In this document: one piece after another, positions 49,077 to 61,600 of the stretch
Position numbering within the stretch: position 1 is the first letter of the stretch
Layout: each line of letters opens with the position of its first letter
Source: Macrostomum hystrix
Lineage: Eukaryota > Animalia > Platyhelminthes
Assembly (NCBI GenBank): GCA_950097015.1
Contig: CATNEN010000025.1
Span: 1,798,001-1,862,000, forward strand
Reading direction: 5' to 3'
DNA: 64,000 bases
Notes under the pieces: model-generated
What the model was told of the DNA's origin: nothing
Database searches by the model: none
Seen by the model: the letters and a program-made list of their open reading frames with translations, nothing else
Made by a program: the position numbers and the translations under genes

Positions 49077-51000
49077 ATGCAACTTCGGCGATACGCCGCA
49101 CAGACCGGCCGTTCGGCGCTAGCACCTCTGGGTATTCGTCGGCAGTTTGGCACCTCACCGGCTATCGCATCCTCGTTGACGCCTGGCTCCTTTGGTAGCG
49201 GAGTGGCTTCAGCTTCAATGACCGCCTCGACGTCGATTCGGGGACCTGACGAGCGACTATTGGCGCCGTTGACTGTCGATGACAGGCACCCTCGCAGTCG
49301 ACGGCAGTTTGGAGAGCGGGCGGTTGGAGCAGCGAACCGTGGCAACACGGATGAGGACTGCTGGCCTCTCCTGGCGGTCAGTCTGGCATTGTGCGCTGTC
49401 TCCGTGCTACTGCTGGCTGTAGGTGGACTTTTCCTTGGCGTTCATTTGCGACAACGGGCCCGCTCCGCCATACCTTCGTCCAGTGTGTCAGCATCGGCTG
49501 CAGCGGCGGCTGCTGCGGCTGCTGAAGCATCTGATTCGGCAACGCCAGCTTTGTCGCCTTCAACTCCACCAGTCGTGGAGACTTTAGCGACGACTACGAG
49601 GACGCTGAAGGACCTTCAAAGCGAAGCCAGCTTTCTAGACGGCACAATCGGATCCAGGATGCAATCTCTGCTGGACAAGAGCATCAGGGCCTGCGACGAT
49701 TTCCATGGATACTCCTGCGGAAGGCTCGGCGATTACCTTACCAATCCTGTCGAGGCAGACAATCTCGAACGGCAGCGTCGTCGGCCAAACGACCTTCTGG
49801 AATTGGCTGGCCTTCGGCTACGCTCCGAGCTGGCCGTTGCTATGGAAACCAACTCTGTGCCATCCGGTCTAAAGGCCGCCTATCAGCGCTGTCGCCAACT
49901 GCCGGGCCCCTCTGACGCCTGTTTGCGCGCCCTGCGTTGGACAGCGCCGGAGGCCGTCAAGTCGTTGACGAAGGCTCGCAAACTCAACGTGACTGCACTG
50001 CACATGGCACTGTCGGATTTGTTTGCTGGGTGAGAAGAGACTGATTGACAGCGACTGATTCTAAGACTGTCTGAACTGCTTTTACGTGACTTCCCATGGG
50101 TTGGTGTGTGTGACTTTCCTTATAGAGATTATATAGTACAAATGTACTCGTCAGTAAAACACTTCTCCATCGCACGGATACAGAGTTGTTACCGAGCTTC
50201 GCGAGCTTATCTCAGTATCGCCTGCCCTGACTGCTCACACGAGACACTGGATGGACTCCCGCCTGTCCGGCCTCTATCTCTACGTGGACTCCGTCGGCAA
50301 TAGCGGGCAAGTGCCAGCTTTAGCAACAGCTGACAGTCTTCAGTTCGCCATTAGCGGCTTCAACAGCGCTGCTGACAGAGCAGCGGGCGGCTCATGTCGG
50401 TCAGGCGCTTGCCGTCCCAGCTCGCCCGACTGGTCGTTCGGTTCAGCGTGCGTCTGTCTTAGCAACGCCACCAGCGCCGACGTTGCCGTCTCTCTGGCTG
50501 CCCTCCGGCCGGAGCTCTACTCGCCGAGCCTGTCGCCGGCTCTGGCGCACAGCTTCATGGGCGCCCGCCTGGCCGAAGCCGCGTTTGCCGCGGTCGGGCC
50601 AGCGCACAGGCGACGGTTCTACTCCACCGAGAGTGAGGCGCGAGCCTCAGCCGCTGTCGGCTGCCTGAGCAGGCGACTCCGACTTCCGCCTGGCGGCGGG
50701 CGGCTGGCTCGTGCTGTGGCCAGCCTGGCCGGAATGCGGGCAGCTCTAGCCGGCTTCCTGCGGCATGAGGGCCGACAGAAGCACTCAATGCGTCAGGAAG
50801 ATCTGGTTGCATTCTTTGTGAATTGGGCGCAGACGCAATGCTCGCTTGTCGATCCCGGAACCTCGGCGACAGTGATCAACTGGGCCGTTGTTGAGTCATC
50901 GTCTATGGCTCTATCGACATTTTTGCAGGCCTTTAACTGTACCGCTGGCGATGCCATGATGCCAACGGTGCGGGACGACCAACTGTGTCGCTTTCCTTAA
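49077..51000 (+). CDS. Neprilysin/ECE (M13)-like type II membrane protein, 589 aa, shortened and lacking catalytic motifs; exons 49077-50029 and 50184-51000
   Basis: Signal-anchor LLAVSLALCAVSVLLLAVGGLFLGV; LLDKSIRACDDFHGYSCG (M13 'PCDDFY.YACG'); VAVSLAALRPELYS; AFFVNWAQTQCS; FLQAFNCTAGDAMMP...C (M13 C-terminus). A phase-2 intron GTGAGA...CAG gives 1770 nt in frame. Confidence 0.8.
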
Positions 51001-51139
51001 GCAGCTAGGTGACTACCACTACCTTCTTGTCGTCTCAGTGAAATTCCGTCCTCATTCCGTCCAGTCTGAGGTGCCTTTTGGCTTGTTTCCATGAAATCCA
51101 TCTAGTTCCAATCAAATCCCCGCAATGCTCAATCGTATT

Positions 51140-51420
51140 AGTCTCCAGCTCAGAGCTCACACCAGCTTCTCATCACCATCACTCAGAGCTCACACCAGCT
51201 TCCTATCGTCATCACCTCAGAGCTCACACCAGCTTCCTATCGTCATCACCTCAGAGATCACACCAGCTTCTCATCACCATCACCTCAGAGATCACTCCAG
51301 CTTCTCATCACCATCACCTCAGAGATCACACCAGCTTCTCATCACCATCACCTCAGAGATCACTCCATCTTCTCATCACCATCACCTCAGAGATCACACC
51401 AGCTTCCCATCATCATCACA
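51140..51420. repeat. Minisatellite, 34 bp unit TCATCACCATCACCTCAGAGATCACACCAGCTTC
   Basis: About 8 copies, downstream of the M13-like stop codon. Confidence 0.93.
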
Positions 51421-51989
51421 AGATTTACTAATCCACCCACCAATCGCATGCAAGGTCGTCAAGTGCTTTCAAAGTGCCAAAACTTAACATACTAAAATAA
51501 TTTGCTAGTTAGGAAAATAATTCGAAATACCTCACATTTCTTTTTGCCCATTGTTGTGGACTTGACAAGATTTTTCACGCTACAGACTATACGAAAAAAA
51601 TGCATTAAAAGCGTATGAAATAAAAACTAACGCTCTGCCTCTGTATGCCTTTCCATTAAACTGTAAAATGTTAGACATATTCTCGAATCGATTTCGTCAA
51701 ATCGACAAGTCGAAAATCTACGAAGCTCTCGGGAAATAAATATCTAATTGACTTGCAAAGTGTGGCTATAAAAGCAACACCAAGCAAGGCAAAACCAGGA
51801 GTATGTCGTGAAAAAAAATAGGTCATTCTACTCATCCAGACGTGAGAAACGAATAAATTATTTGTCAAGCAAAATGGACGCAAAATTCTACTAGAGAAAA
51901 ATGTTTGTTTTGATTTCCATCAATGAGCTCCATTAGGCCGAATAGAAATTGTAAAAGTTTGTCTGCTTTTTACTAAATAAAGCAGTAAG

Positions 51990-52265
51990 AATATAATTAC
52001 ACCTTTAGCACTTCGGCCAGATGTGCAGCCGACAGCACAGCCGCAGCTAATGCGCGGCGCATCTGAAGGCTGCGTACGGCTGTTCAGTCCATGGACTGGG
52101 GGGACGCAACGCCCACTCTCAATTATCCCCAGCTGACGCTGGCACCAATTTAACAGCTGGGTGAACTGAATCAATCCAGAGTTAAGTGTCTTGCTAGAGA
52201 ACACAAATTGTTCCAGTGGAGTCGGGAATCGAACTCCCGACCTTCACGCACTAAGAACTATAGGC
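51990..52265 (-). mobile_element. SINE family B copy (tRNA head + CORE-like centre)
   Basis: Minus strand: GGTCGGGAGTTCGATTCCCGACTCC (B box), TGTGTTCTCTAGCAAGACACTTAACTC, CACCCAGCTGTTAAATTGG, ...GGCTGCACATCTGGCC; colinear with 58580-58865. Confidence 0.8.
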
Positions 52266-52699
52266 TTAAACCCATTTAGAATTGGGACGACAAGTACGCG
52301 TTGCAAATTTATTCAAACTGTAGCAACTTAAACTTAGTGTATTTTACATTTACGAGCACAACGAGTGCATAGCGACAAAAACTAAGCTGGCTCAAAATCA
52401 AGTACGAATTCCTTCATATTCGATAAAGATTTTTCTATAGCGTGTGGGTAGCTTGGTAAGACTAAAATAGCAGCAAAGAAAATTAGTCAAAGCAAACAAA
52501 TTTTGCTGCGTAATCTGAGAGTAGCAGCTGAGGTAGCAGCAAAAATATATACTACTTACTAGCGAAGTACACCAGTAGTTTTTACTGGTGGTGACGTCTA
52601 AAAATGATACTTTAGAACAATGAAAATTATGATAGGGGAAGCTTCAAGAAAGATTGTAATGTGTGATTGTAATGCATCACTGAACTGTACTCAGTGTGA

Positions 52700-55600
52700 T
52701 TAAGTAATTTGCTTTCGGCGTGACTGCAGCACATACTTATAATATTCTCGTCTATCAGAGAGCCGGTTGCTCAGTCGAACAAGGAGCTGGCACATGTAGT
52801 GCGCCAGCTTCGGCCGTTGTTGTCGTCTTCGCGCTATAACGGCGCGTTCTTCAGCGCCGCAGTTGACACTTTTCAGCCATCGATTGCGATAGACCATGGC
52901 GCACGAGTCGGCGCTCTGACCAGGCTTGTCGTGATTGGATCCCGGCCACCAGGGCTGGTAGGTCGCCGCCTGGCCGCTCGGCTGGAGCCACGCGCCACCG
53001 CTGGACCGATGAAGACCTGCGCCAACCAATCATGTGACAATAGTGGATTACTGAGGCTTGGTGCGCCAACCAATCATGTGACAATAGTGGATTACTGAGG
53101 CTTGGTGGGCCAACCAATCATGTGACAATAGTGGATTACTGAGCCTTGGTGCGCCAACCAATCATGTGACAATAGTGGATTACTGAGCCTTGGTGCGCCA
53201 ACCAATCATGTGACAATAGTGGATTACTGAGCCTTGGTGCGCCAACCAATCATGTGACAATAGTGGATTACTGAGCCTTGGTGCGCCAACCAATCATGTG
53301 ACAATAGTGGATTACTGAGCCTTGGTGCGCCAACCAATCATGTGACAATAGTGGATTACTGAGCCTTGGTGCGCCAACCAATCATGTGACAATAGTGGAT
53401 TACTGAGCCTTGGTGCGCCAACCAATCATGTGACAATGGTGGATTACTGAGCCTTGGTGCGCCAACCAATCATGTGACAATAGTGGATTACTGAGCCTTG
53501 GTGCGCCAACCAATCATGTGACAATAGTGGATTACTGAGCCTTGGTGCGCCAACCAATCCCGTGACAATAGTGGATTACTGAGCCTTGGTGCGCCAACCA
53601 ATCATGTGACAATAGTGGATTACTGAGCCTTGGTGCGCCAACCAATCATGTGACAATAGTGGATTACTGAGCCTTGGTGCGCCAACCAATCATGTGACAA
53701 TGGTGGATTACTGAGCCTTGGTGCGCCAACCAATCATGTGACAATAGTGGATTACTGAGCCTTGGTGGGCCAACCAATCATGTGACAATAGTGGATTACT
53801 GAGCCTTGGTGCGCCAACCAATCATGTGACAATAGTGGATTACTGAGCCTTGGTGCGCCAACCAATCATGTGACAATAGTGGATTACTGAGCCTTGGTGC
53901 GCCAACCAATCATGTGACAATAGTGGATTACTGAGCCTTGGTGCGCCAACCAATCATGTGACAATAGTGGATTACTGAGCCTTGGTGCGCCAACCAATCA
54001 TGTGACAATAGTGGATTACTGAGCCTTGGTGCGCCAACCAATCATGTGACAATAGTGGATTACTGAGCCTTGGTGCGCCAACCAATCATGTGACAATGGT
54101 GGATTACTGAGCCTTGGTGCGCCAACCAATCATGTGACAATAGTGGATTACTGAGCCTTGGTGCGCCAACCAATCCCGTGACAATAGTGGATTACTGAGC
54201 CTTGGTGCGCCAACCAATCATGTGACAATAGTGGATTACTGAGGCTTGGCATTCAAAGTAGATAGAAGATTAAAATCACTTGCTCAAGGACACATTTTCC
54301 CTTGGGCTGAGATTCGAGCTCACAACCTTTCCTTCGTAAGTCCAAAGCTCCAAGTACTGATGTCAACCGTTCCACTGCCTCACGCAGATGTGTACTTCTA
54401 CGGCGCCCTCCTCACAGTCAGGAAGTGTACGCACACCACAGTACTAACGAGTAATAAGGGGCGACCTCGGGCTGTAGCAGATCGCTATTTGACTACGTCA
54501 TGAAGATTTGCTCTCACATCGTCCTGAATCCTGAATTTTCCTGAAACCTACAGCCTACTTCACGATAGCTCCCGAACCGAATGACCTTTTTTACTTTTTT
54601 ACTGTTAAAGGGTAGAAAAAAGAGTGATCTCACCAATCCAGTACCGCTTGCGACTCCGCAGCTTTTCCCTGATCCAACGCAGGTCGGTTACGCTTTGTAT
54701 CTCGGCCAGTCTGGCGCCGAATTTGGCGCACTCGGCTGCAGCAGCAGCGCCTGTTAGGCGAGATCGAAAGTACTTCACGCAGGACGTTCCGCGCATCGTA
54801 GTCCAGCCTTTATCAAAAATGGGGCGAGAAATATCAGATGCTTCTCTAATCAGTACACTAATCATCGCCTGGCCTAACACTGATGTGGGATGTTCTGAAG
54901 GATGTTCTGTAGGATGTTCTGAAGGATGTTCTGTAGGATGTTCTGAAGGATGTTCTGTAGGATGTTCTGTAGGATGTTCTGTAGGATGTTCTGTAGGATG
55001 TTCTGTAGGATGTTCTGTAGGATGTTCTGTAGGATACTGTAGGATGTTCTGTAGGATGTTCTGTAGGATGTTCTGTAGGATGTTCTGTAGGATGTTCTGT
55101 AGGATGTTCTGTAGGATGTTCTGTAGGATGTTCTGTAGGATGTTCTGTAGGATGTTCTGTAGGATGTTCTGAAGGATGTTCTGTAGGATGTTCTGAAGGA
55201 TGTTCTGTAGGATTTTCTGTAGGATGTTCTGTAGGATGTTCTGTAGGATGTTCTGTAGGATGTTCTGTGGGATACTGTAGGATGTTCTGTAGGATGTTCT
55301 GAAGGATGTTCTGTAGGATGTTCTGAAGGATGTTCTGTAGGATGTTCTGTAGGATGTTCTGTAGGATGTTCTGTAGGATGTTCTGTAGGATGTTCTGTAG
55401 GATGTTCTGTAGGATACTGTAGGATGTTCTGTAGGATGTTCTGTAGGATGTTCTGTAGGATGTTCTGTAGGATGTTCTGTAGGATGTTCTGTAGGATGTT
55501 CTGTAGGATGTTCTGTAGGATGTTCTGTAGGATGTTCTGTAGGATGTTCTGAAGGATGTTCTGTAGGATGTTCTGAAGGATGTTCTGTAGGATTTTCTGT

Positions 55601-58600
55601 AGGATGTTCTGTAGGATGTTCTGTAGGATGTTCTGTAGGATGTTCTGTGGGATACTGTAGGATGTTCTGTAGGATGTTCTGAAGGATGTTCTGTAGGATG
55701 TTCTGAAGGATGTTCTGTAGGATGTTCTGTAGGATGTTCTGAAGGATGTTCTGTAGGATGTTCTGTAGGATGTTCTGTAGGATGTTCTGTAGGATGTTCT
55801 GAAGGATGTTCTGTAGGATGTTCTGAAGGATGTTCTGTAGGATGTTCTGTAGGATGTTCTGTAGGATGTTCTGAAGGATGTTCTGTAGGATGTTCTGAAG
55901 GATGTTCTGTAGGATGTTCTGTAGGATGTTCTGTAGGATGTTCTGAAGGATGTTCTGTAGGATGTTCTGAAGGATGTTCTGTAGGATGTTCTGTAGGATG
56001 TTCTGTAGGATGTTCTGTGGGATACTGTAGGATGTTCTGTAGGATGTTCTGTAAGATGTTCTGTAGGATGTTCTGTAGTATGTTCTGTAGGATGTTCTGT
56101 AGGATGTTCTGTAGGATGTTCTGAAGGATGTTCTGTAGGATGTTCTGTAGGATGTTCTGTAGGATGTTCTGTAGGATGTTCTGTAGGATGTTCTGTAGTA
56201 TGTTCTGTAGGATGTTCTGTGGGATACTGTAGGATGTTCTGTAGGATGTTCTGTAGGATGTTCTGTGGGATACTGTAGGATGTTCTGTAGGATGTTCTGT
56301 AGGATGTTCTGTAGGATGTTCTGTGGGATACTGTAGGATGTTCTGAAGGATGTTCTGAAGGATGTTCTGTAGTATGTTCTGTAGGATGTTCTGTAGGATG
56401 TTCTGTAGGATGTTCTGTAGGATGTTCTGTAGGATGTTCTGTAGGATGTTCTGAAGGATGTTCTGTAGTATGTTCTGTAGGATGTTCTGTAGGATGTTCT
56501 GAAGGATGTTCTGTAGGATGTTCTGTAGGATGTTCTGTAGGATGTTCTGTAGGATGTTCTGTAGGATGTTCTGTAGGATGTTCTGTGGGATACTGTAGGA
56601 TGTTCTGTAGGATGTTCTGTAGGATGTTCTGTAGGATGTTCTGTGGGATACTGTAGGATGTTCTGTAGTATGTTCTATAGGATGTTCTGTAGGATGTTCT
56701 GAAGGATGTTCTGAAGGATGTTCTGTAGGATGTTCTGTAGGATGTTCTGTAGGATGTTCTGTAGGATGTTCTGTAGGATGTTCTGAAGGATGTTCTGTAG
56801 GATGTTCTGAAGGATGTTCTGTAGGATTTTCTGTAGGATGTTCTGTAGGATGTTCTGTAGGATGTTCTGTAGGATGTTCTGTAGGATGTTCTGTGGGATA
56901 CTGTAGGATGTTCTGTAGGATGTTCTGTAGGATGTTCTGAAGGATGTTCTGTAGGATGTTCTGTAGGATGTTCTGTGGGATACTGTAGGATGTTCTGTAG
57001 GATGTTCTGAAGGATGTTCTGTAGGATGTTCTGTACGATGGTCTGTAGGATGTTTGGTTGGCGTTCTGTAGTTCTGTTGGGCGTTTCATAACTTTTTTAT
57101 GATTGCACAATGAAAATTTGCAAGAATTTAAAAGAATAAACTACTATAAGTAAGCTGAAGATAAGTATGCATAGCATGCGACAAAGCATCTCATTTAAAT
57201 TCTCAGCGCCTTATACAGTACCCGAGCGTGCATTTAGCCAATGAAACACGCGTCAGCTCTGAGCACAAAAGCTCACGCCACACGATTGTTTACAAGAATC
57301 GCAATGCGAATCACTTTATTGCATCGAAGCGACAATTTGATGCGAAAAAAACTGCTTTCGGCGAGAAAGGAGAGAAGGCAAAGGCCAGTCAACTCAAGCC
57401 CACCTGGTCAGTCTCCAATTATTTTTGTAATTAAATTGCACAGAGCCGAGAATAGAGAAAGGTGTTTTATTGCCAAAGAAAAGAGTTTCACCAATAAAGC
57501 TTGCTAGCATGAGGCTAATCGCTTGTAATTTCTTGGTAAAGCCTCCACTTGCTCTCTCTCCAATTATACTTGGGCAGGCAGGTTGCAATCATCAATAAGT
57601 TTTATTATTCTGCACCGGAATTCGCATGTTAGCAGATGCAGCAGTGCTGTTTAGGTCATGTTTTTCATCTGCAACAATATAGTTTTCTTCAGTTCAGAAG
57701 TTCTAAAGCCGTTTTCTGATAAATTTAAGAGCCACCTGAATTGACTTGTTAGAAATCTTGCGTTGCCAATTCGGCACGGAAATCTGGGGTACGGATGCAA
57801 CAGAAGGACCTCCAAAGGAATTTCAGGATGTGTACTCTGTTTAATTGGCTTGTGCAAGACCTGATAGATAGTGTAATGTGTCATCTTAAGGCTCTAGTAC
57901 GGAAAAACAATTTTACGAATATATAAAAAACCATAAGCCCAACAGCCGTTGGTCATTACTGAAAGCTCACCTGCTGGACACGTGATTGGCTTGTCGACAT
58001 ACTCTGATTGTGCTTTAGAGCCTCTAGATTGGCTGGCGAGCACACTCTCCATGGTGACCCAGGTGGCTCCGTTGCAAATGTACTTCTGACCAGTGGAATC
58101 CGTGCGCTGCTCGCCGCTCAGGTAGATAGAGCAACGAGGGAACTGAAGAGTTTCAAGAGCTGGTGTGCACTAATGATGGATACAATGGGCATAGCTAGAC
58201 GGGTAACCTTGTGATTAGTAAACTTCACACTAAATTCAAAGGCACACGCTGCTACGTTAAGGTTTTATCTTCCTCTTACCCCTCTTCCGTCTTTGTAGTC
58301 GATGCGCTGCTCATCTTCGCGCAAGCGTTTCAATTCATTGCCTGTTGGCACGTGAATCTCGGCTGTGGCGCGGCTGTCAGCTGTTGTTGGTGGCAAAGAA
58401 AGCACTACAGGCCGCTTGCCCGCCTTCAGCGACTTCTCTGACGGCTGCTTTGAGCTGACCGGCTCTGGTTGACTTGGCTGTTCAAGGGGCTGGTCGCTGA
58501 GCTGTTTTGATGATAGTTTTTAGGGTAGGGATTTAGTCGTTGTATCGGATAGTCCCTAAGGTCTTCGTAAACCTTTATATTATTAATAATAATAGTTTAT

Positions 58601-61600
58601 TACACCTGCCCCAATTGGGCCAGATGTGCAGCCGACAGCGCAGCCGCAGCATCTAAAGGCTGCGTAAGGCTGTTCAGCCATGGACTGGGGGGGCGCAACG
58701 CCCAACTGATGCTGGAACCCATTTAACAGCTGGGCGAACTGAATCAATGCAAAGTTAAGTGTCTTGCTAAAGGACACATTATTGTTCTAGTAGAGTCAGG
58801 AATCGAATCCCTGACCTTAAAGCCGTGAGTCTGACGCTCTAACCAGAAGGCTACAACCTCCCAATTATTCGTAATAATACTAATGATAATAATTTCCGCA
58901 TGGCTCTGGGCACTCGCATATCTTTTGATGACAGCAGCCAGCGAGGAGGCAATTCTGCCCATTCCGCTGACTTCTGAGCACACACGCACATAGACACCGT
59001 ACCGTACCGGAAGCAGGCACACACTCACATGGGGTAAATAAACCTGTTCTGACTTTCTCATCGTCAGGTAGTGTACACTTTCACTGTACCTTTGGGGGGG
59101 TGTCTTCACACTGAAGAATCGAGCTCAGGGACCTTTGTGCGAGAGGCAAACGCGTTTGATCGCTCTGCCACCCACCCGCCTTTCGTGAGCCTGTGCTTCA
59201 TATAGGATATTTAGGCCGCGTGTCACTTTCGTGTCACGAGTAGACATGGAGAAAACTGACCTGCCGATTCCTGGCGTAGTATTGTAGGTACTCTTTGAAC
59301 AGTGTCAAATCGTTGGACGGAGACACTTCAAAGTGTCCACCACAGCCGCTTCGTCTGCGACCACTGAGACCGGGTTTGGCAGCATGCTGTCTGTCGGCTC
59401 CAGTCTCCCTCGTTGGATTTACCAGTACCACAACAACGCTTGAGTTGGCACCGATCAGACAGTTTCCGGGCGAGACCAGAGTGATTCGGAGTTTCACGCG
59501 CTGGGTGTCGTTGCCCCGCTCGCTTATGTGAATGCTAATTCTGGCCTTCCTTTCACCTGTTACGAATTTAATGTAGGATCAAGAGCTTAATTGGCGTTTT
59601 CTGTCAATGTGTCCATTCTTCAGTCACTTGTAAAACATCAGTGCTAAAATCAGTCTTAGCATAGACGCACAATGATATTGCATTGTATCGTGCATAACTT
59701 ACTGTAAATTAAAACTCATTCATATAGACCACACATGCGGGTTGCCTTAAACTGTTATACTGTCATTGTGAGCGCGTGTTTCTGCATTACTTTCAGATAT
59801 AAGAGAGCTTTGTTTTTCAATGCTGATGAACATACGCATTGATGAATACGGTGGGTTTTGAAATGAGATTTGAGAAGTTTTGTCTTTCTCAGACTACTTT
59901 ATACCAGCTAGTAAAAACATCTAAAACGTACTTGTCATAGTGTAGTATGTGGAGGTAATGAAAAACAGAAAAAAATAACCCACCTGGGCTGAAGTTGAGC
60001 ATGTTCCCAGAAATAAGGGTGAAGTGAGCTCTGTCTCTTTCTTTGCCGGCAGTTATTTCGAAGCGCACAAAAGCCGGCCTGTCGAGTGCGCCGCTGCGAA
60101 TGACGTCCAGTCGAAGGGTGCCAGAGCTGAGGCATCGAACTCGGAAGCGGTGCTGGCCAAATCCCACAACCGACCATGCTAGACGGACTAGCTTCCTCTC
60201 GGTGACGAGTCGCACATCAAGGGCGTCTCGGGCCATTAGCTCGAATGCGTCCTCAACTGCGTCTAAATCCTGGCGCGGCTCATTGAAACGGTATGCAAGC
60301 AGTCCAGCATTAACGTCACTCTGAGCAAACTGGGTGATATTCGAGGTGTCTCGAAGCCAGAGCCGGCCCAGTGCGGGTTGTCTGGTGATTAAAAACACCG
60401 CTGACGACGGCTGCGCCTTCAAGGACCGGTTGGAGAATCGAAAGCCGGCACCAGTGGCGCTGAATCCGCTGAGTTCAGTCGGACAAGTCGCTCTCAAAAT
60501 CGTTACATTTCTTCTATCACCAGCAGATCTGGACTTGACAACAATGATAAACGTATGCATTTCTTGGGCTACTTGGGCCGAGTCGTCTATTGCAAATTGG
60601 AAACTATCTCTGCCACTCAACGGGGCCTCGGTGCTTTGATAAGTGACAGTGCTGGAATTCAAGTCTGCTTGACTGAAGATTTCGCCAGGACCAAGTTCAA
60701 CGTTGTCAGTACGCATCAAGATACCGTATTTCGGTGATGAAACCAAGCGATACTTCGGTTCTCGAGCTGAAGCAATGTCTCCAGCTACTATAAGCAGCTG
60801 ATCGGGTCCTATTATAGCCGCTGTGTTCATCGATAATGATAGCGGGACCGATCGTACGAGTCTAGGTGGAAGCAACGATGGAGACGGGGGTAGGAGCCGA
60901 ACAAGCCACCTTGCTAGTGCTTGCTGGTCATTCCAGGATGCTTTCAGTTTAATCACAAGGTCGCCTTGCTCGCTACAGTTACTGGCATTAAACACAATGT
61001 GCCCGGCCGTTATATCCGATGACAGCAGGGCAATCTCTGAAGGAGCTGGTTCCGAACCCACTTCTCTCTTTTTATGCAGCATCCAACAGCTGCTGTTGGG
61101 ACGAACCACCTGAATGACTGCAGGAGGCGGCTGTGGACCAAAAACTTTGACCATGATATTTGTCTCGGTGATAGAAATTGTTGAGCCCACCTCAACTCCT
61201 ACTGGAGTAGTCAAAAGGCGAAGCCAAGCCCGGGTTTCCGATTGCGGTAGCGGTAATGTTTTGATTTCCAATCGAGCTAATGAGGCTGAGAACTTTCCAT
61301 CCTCCGGAACAAACTGAGCCTGTTCAATGGCTGCAACAGTGTCTCCGGAATCCTCTTCCAATGGCGCGCTAACAAATAATCGGCCGAGCTGCACATCTCT
61401 TTGAGTAAACTTCTCTCCCAGCCGGAGTGGCGTCAGCTTCAGCTTGGAGTGTCTCGACCATCCTAGTAATGTTGATGCTAGTAATAGTTGAGCTCTATCT
61501 GGTAGCTGTACAATTGACAGTGTCAAGTTATCCTTCGGCGTGTCCCGATCAGCAACCAGCAAGTGCCGCTCAGTCACAGGAATCGTCTCTCCGGTGCGCA

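Noticed and set aside
52700-54880. Stand-alone C-type lectin gene
   Set aside because: There is no signal peptide, and the exons chain in frame via TCPA|GW to the upstream Calx-beta/CSPG exons, as in FREM1.
54858-57110. 750-aa ORF (PTEH/QNIL/RTSY repeats) and the overlapping CSVG/CRMF ORF
   Set aside because: It is the translation of a 12-bp satellite inside a FREM1 intron. The 10-bp variant units switch peptide frames arbitrarily, and the frame stays open only because the unit lacks stops on that strand.
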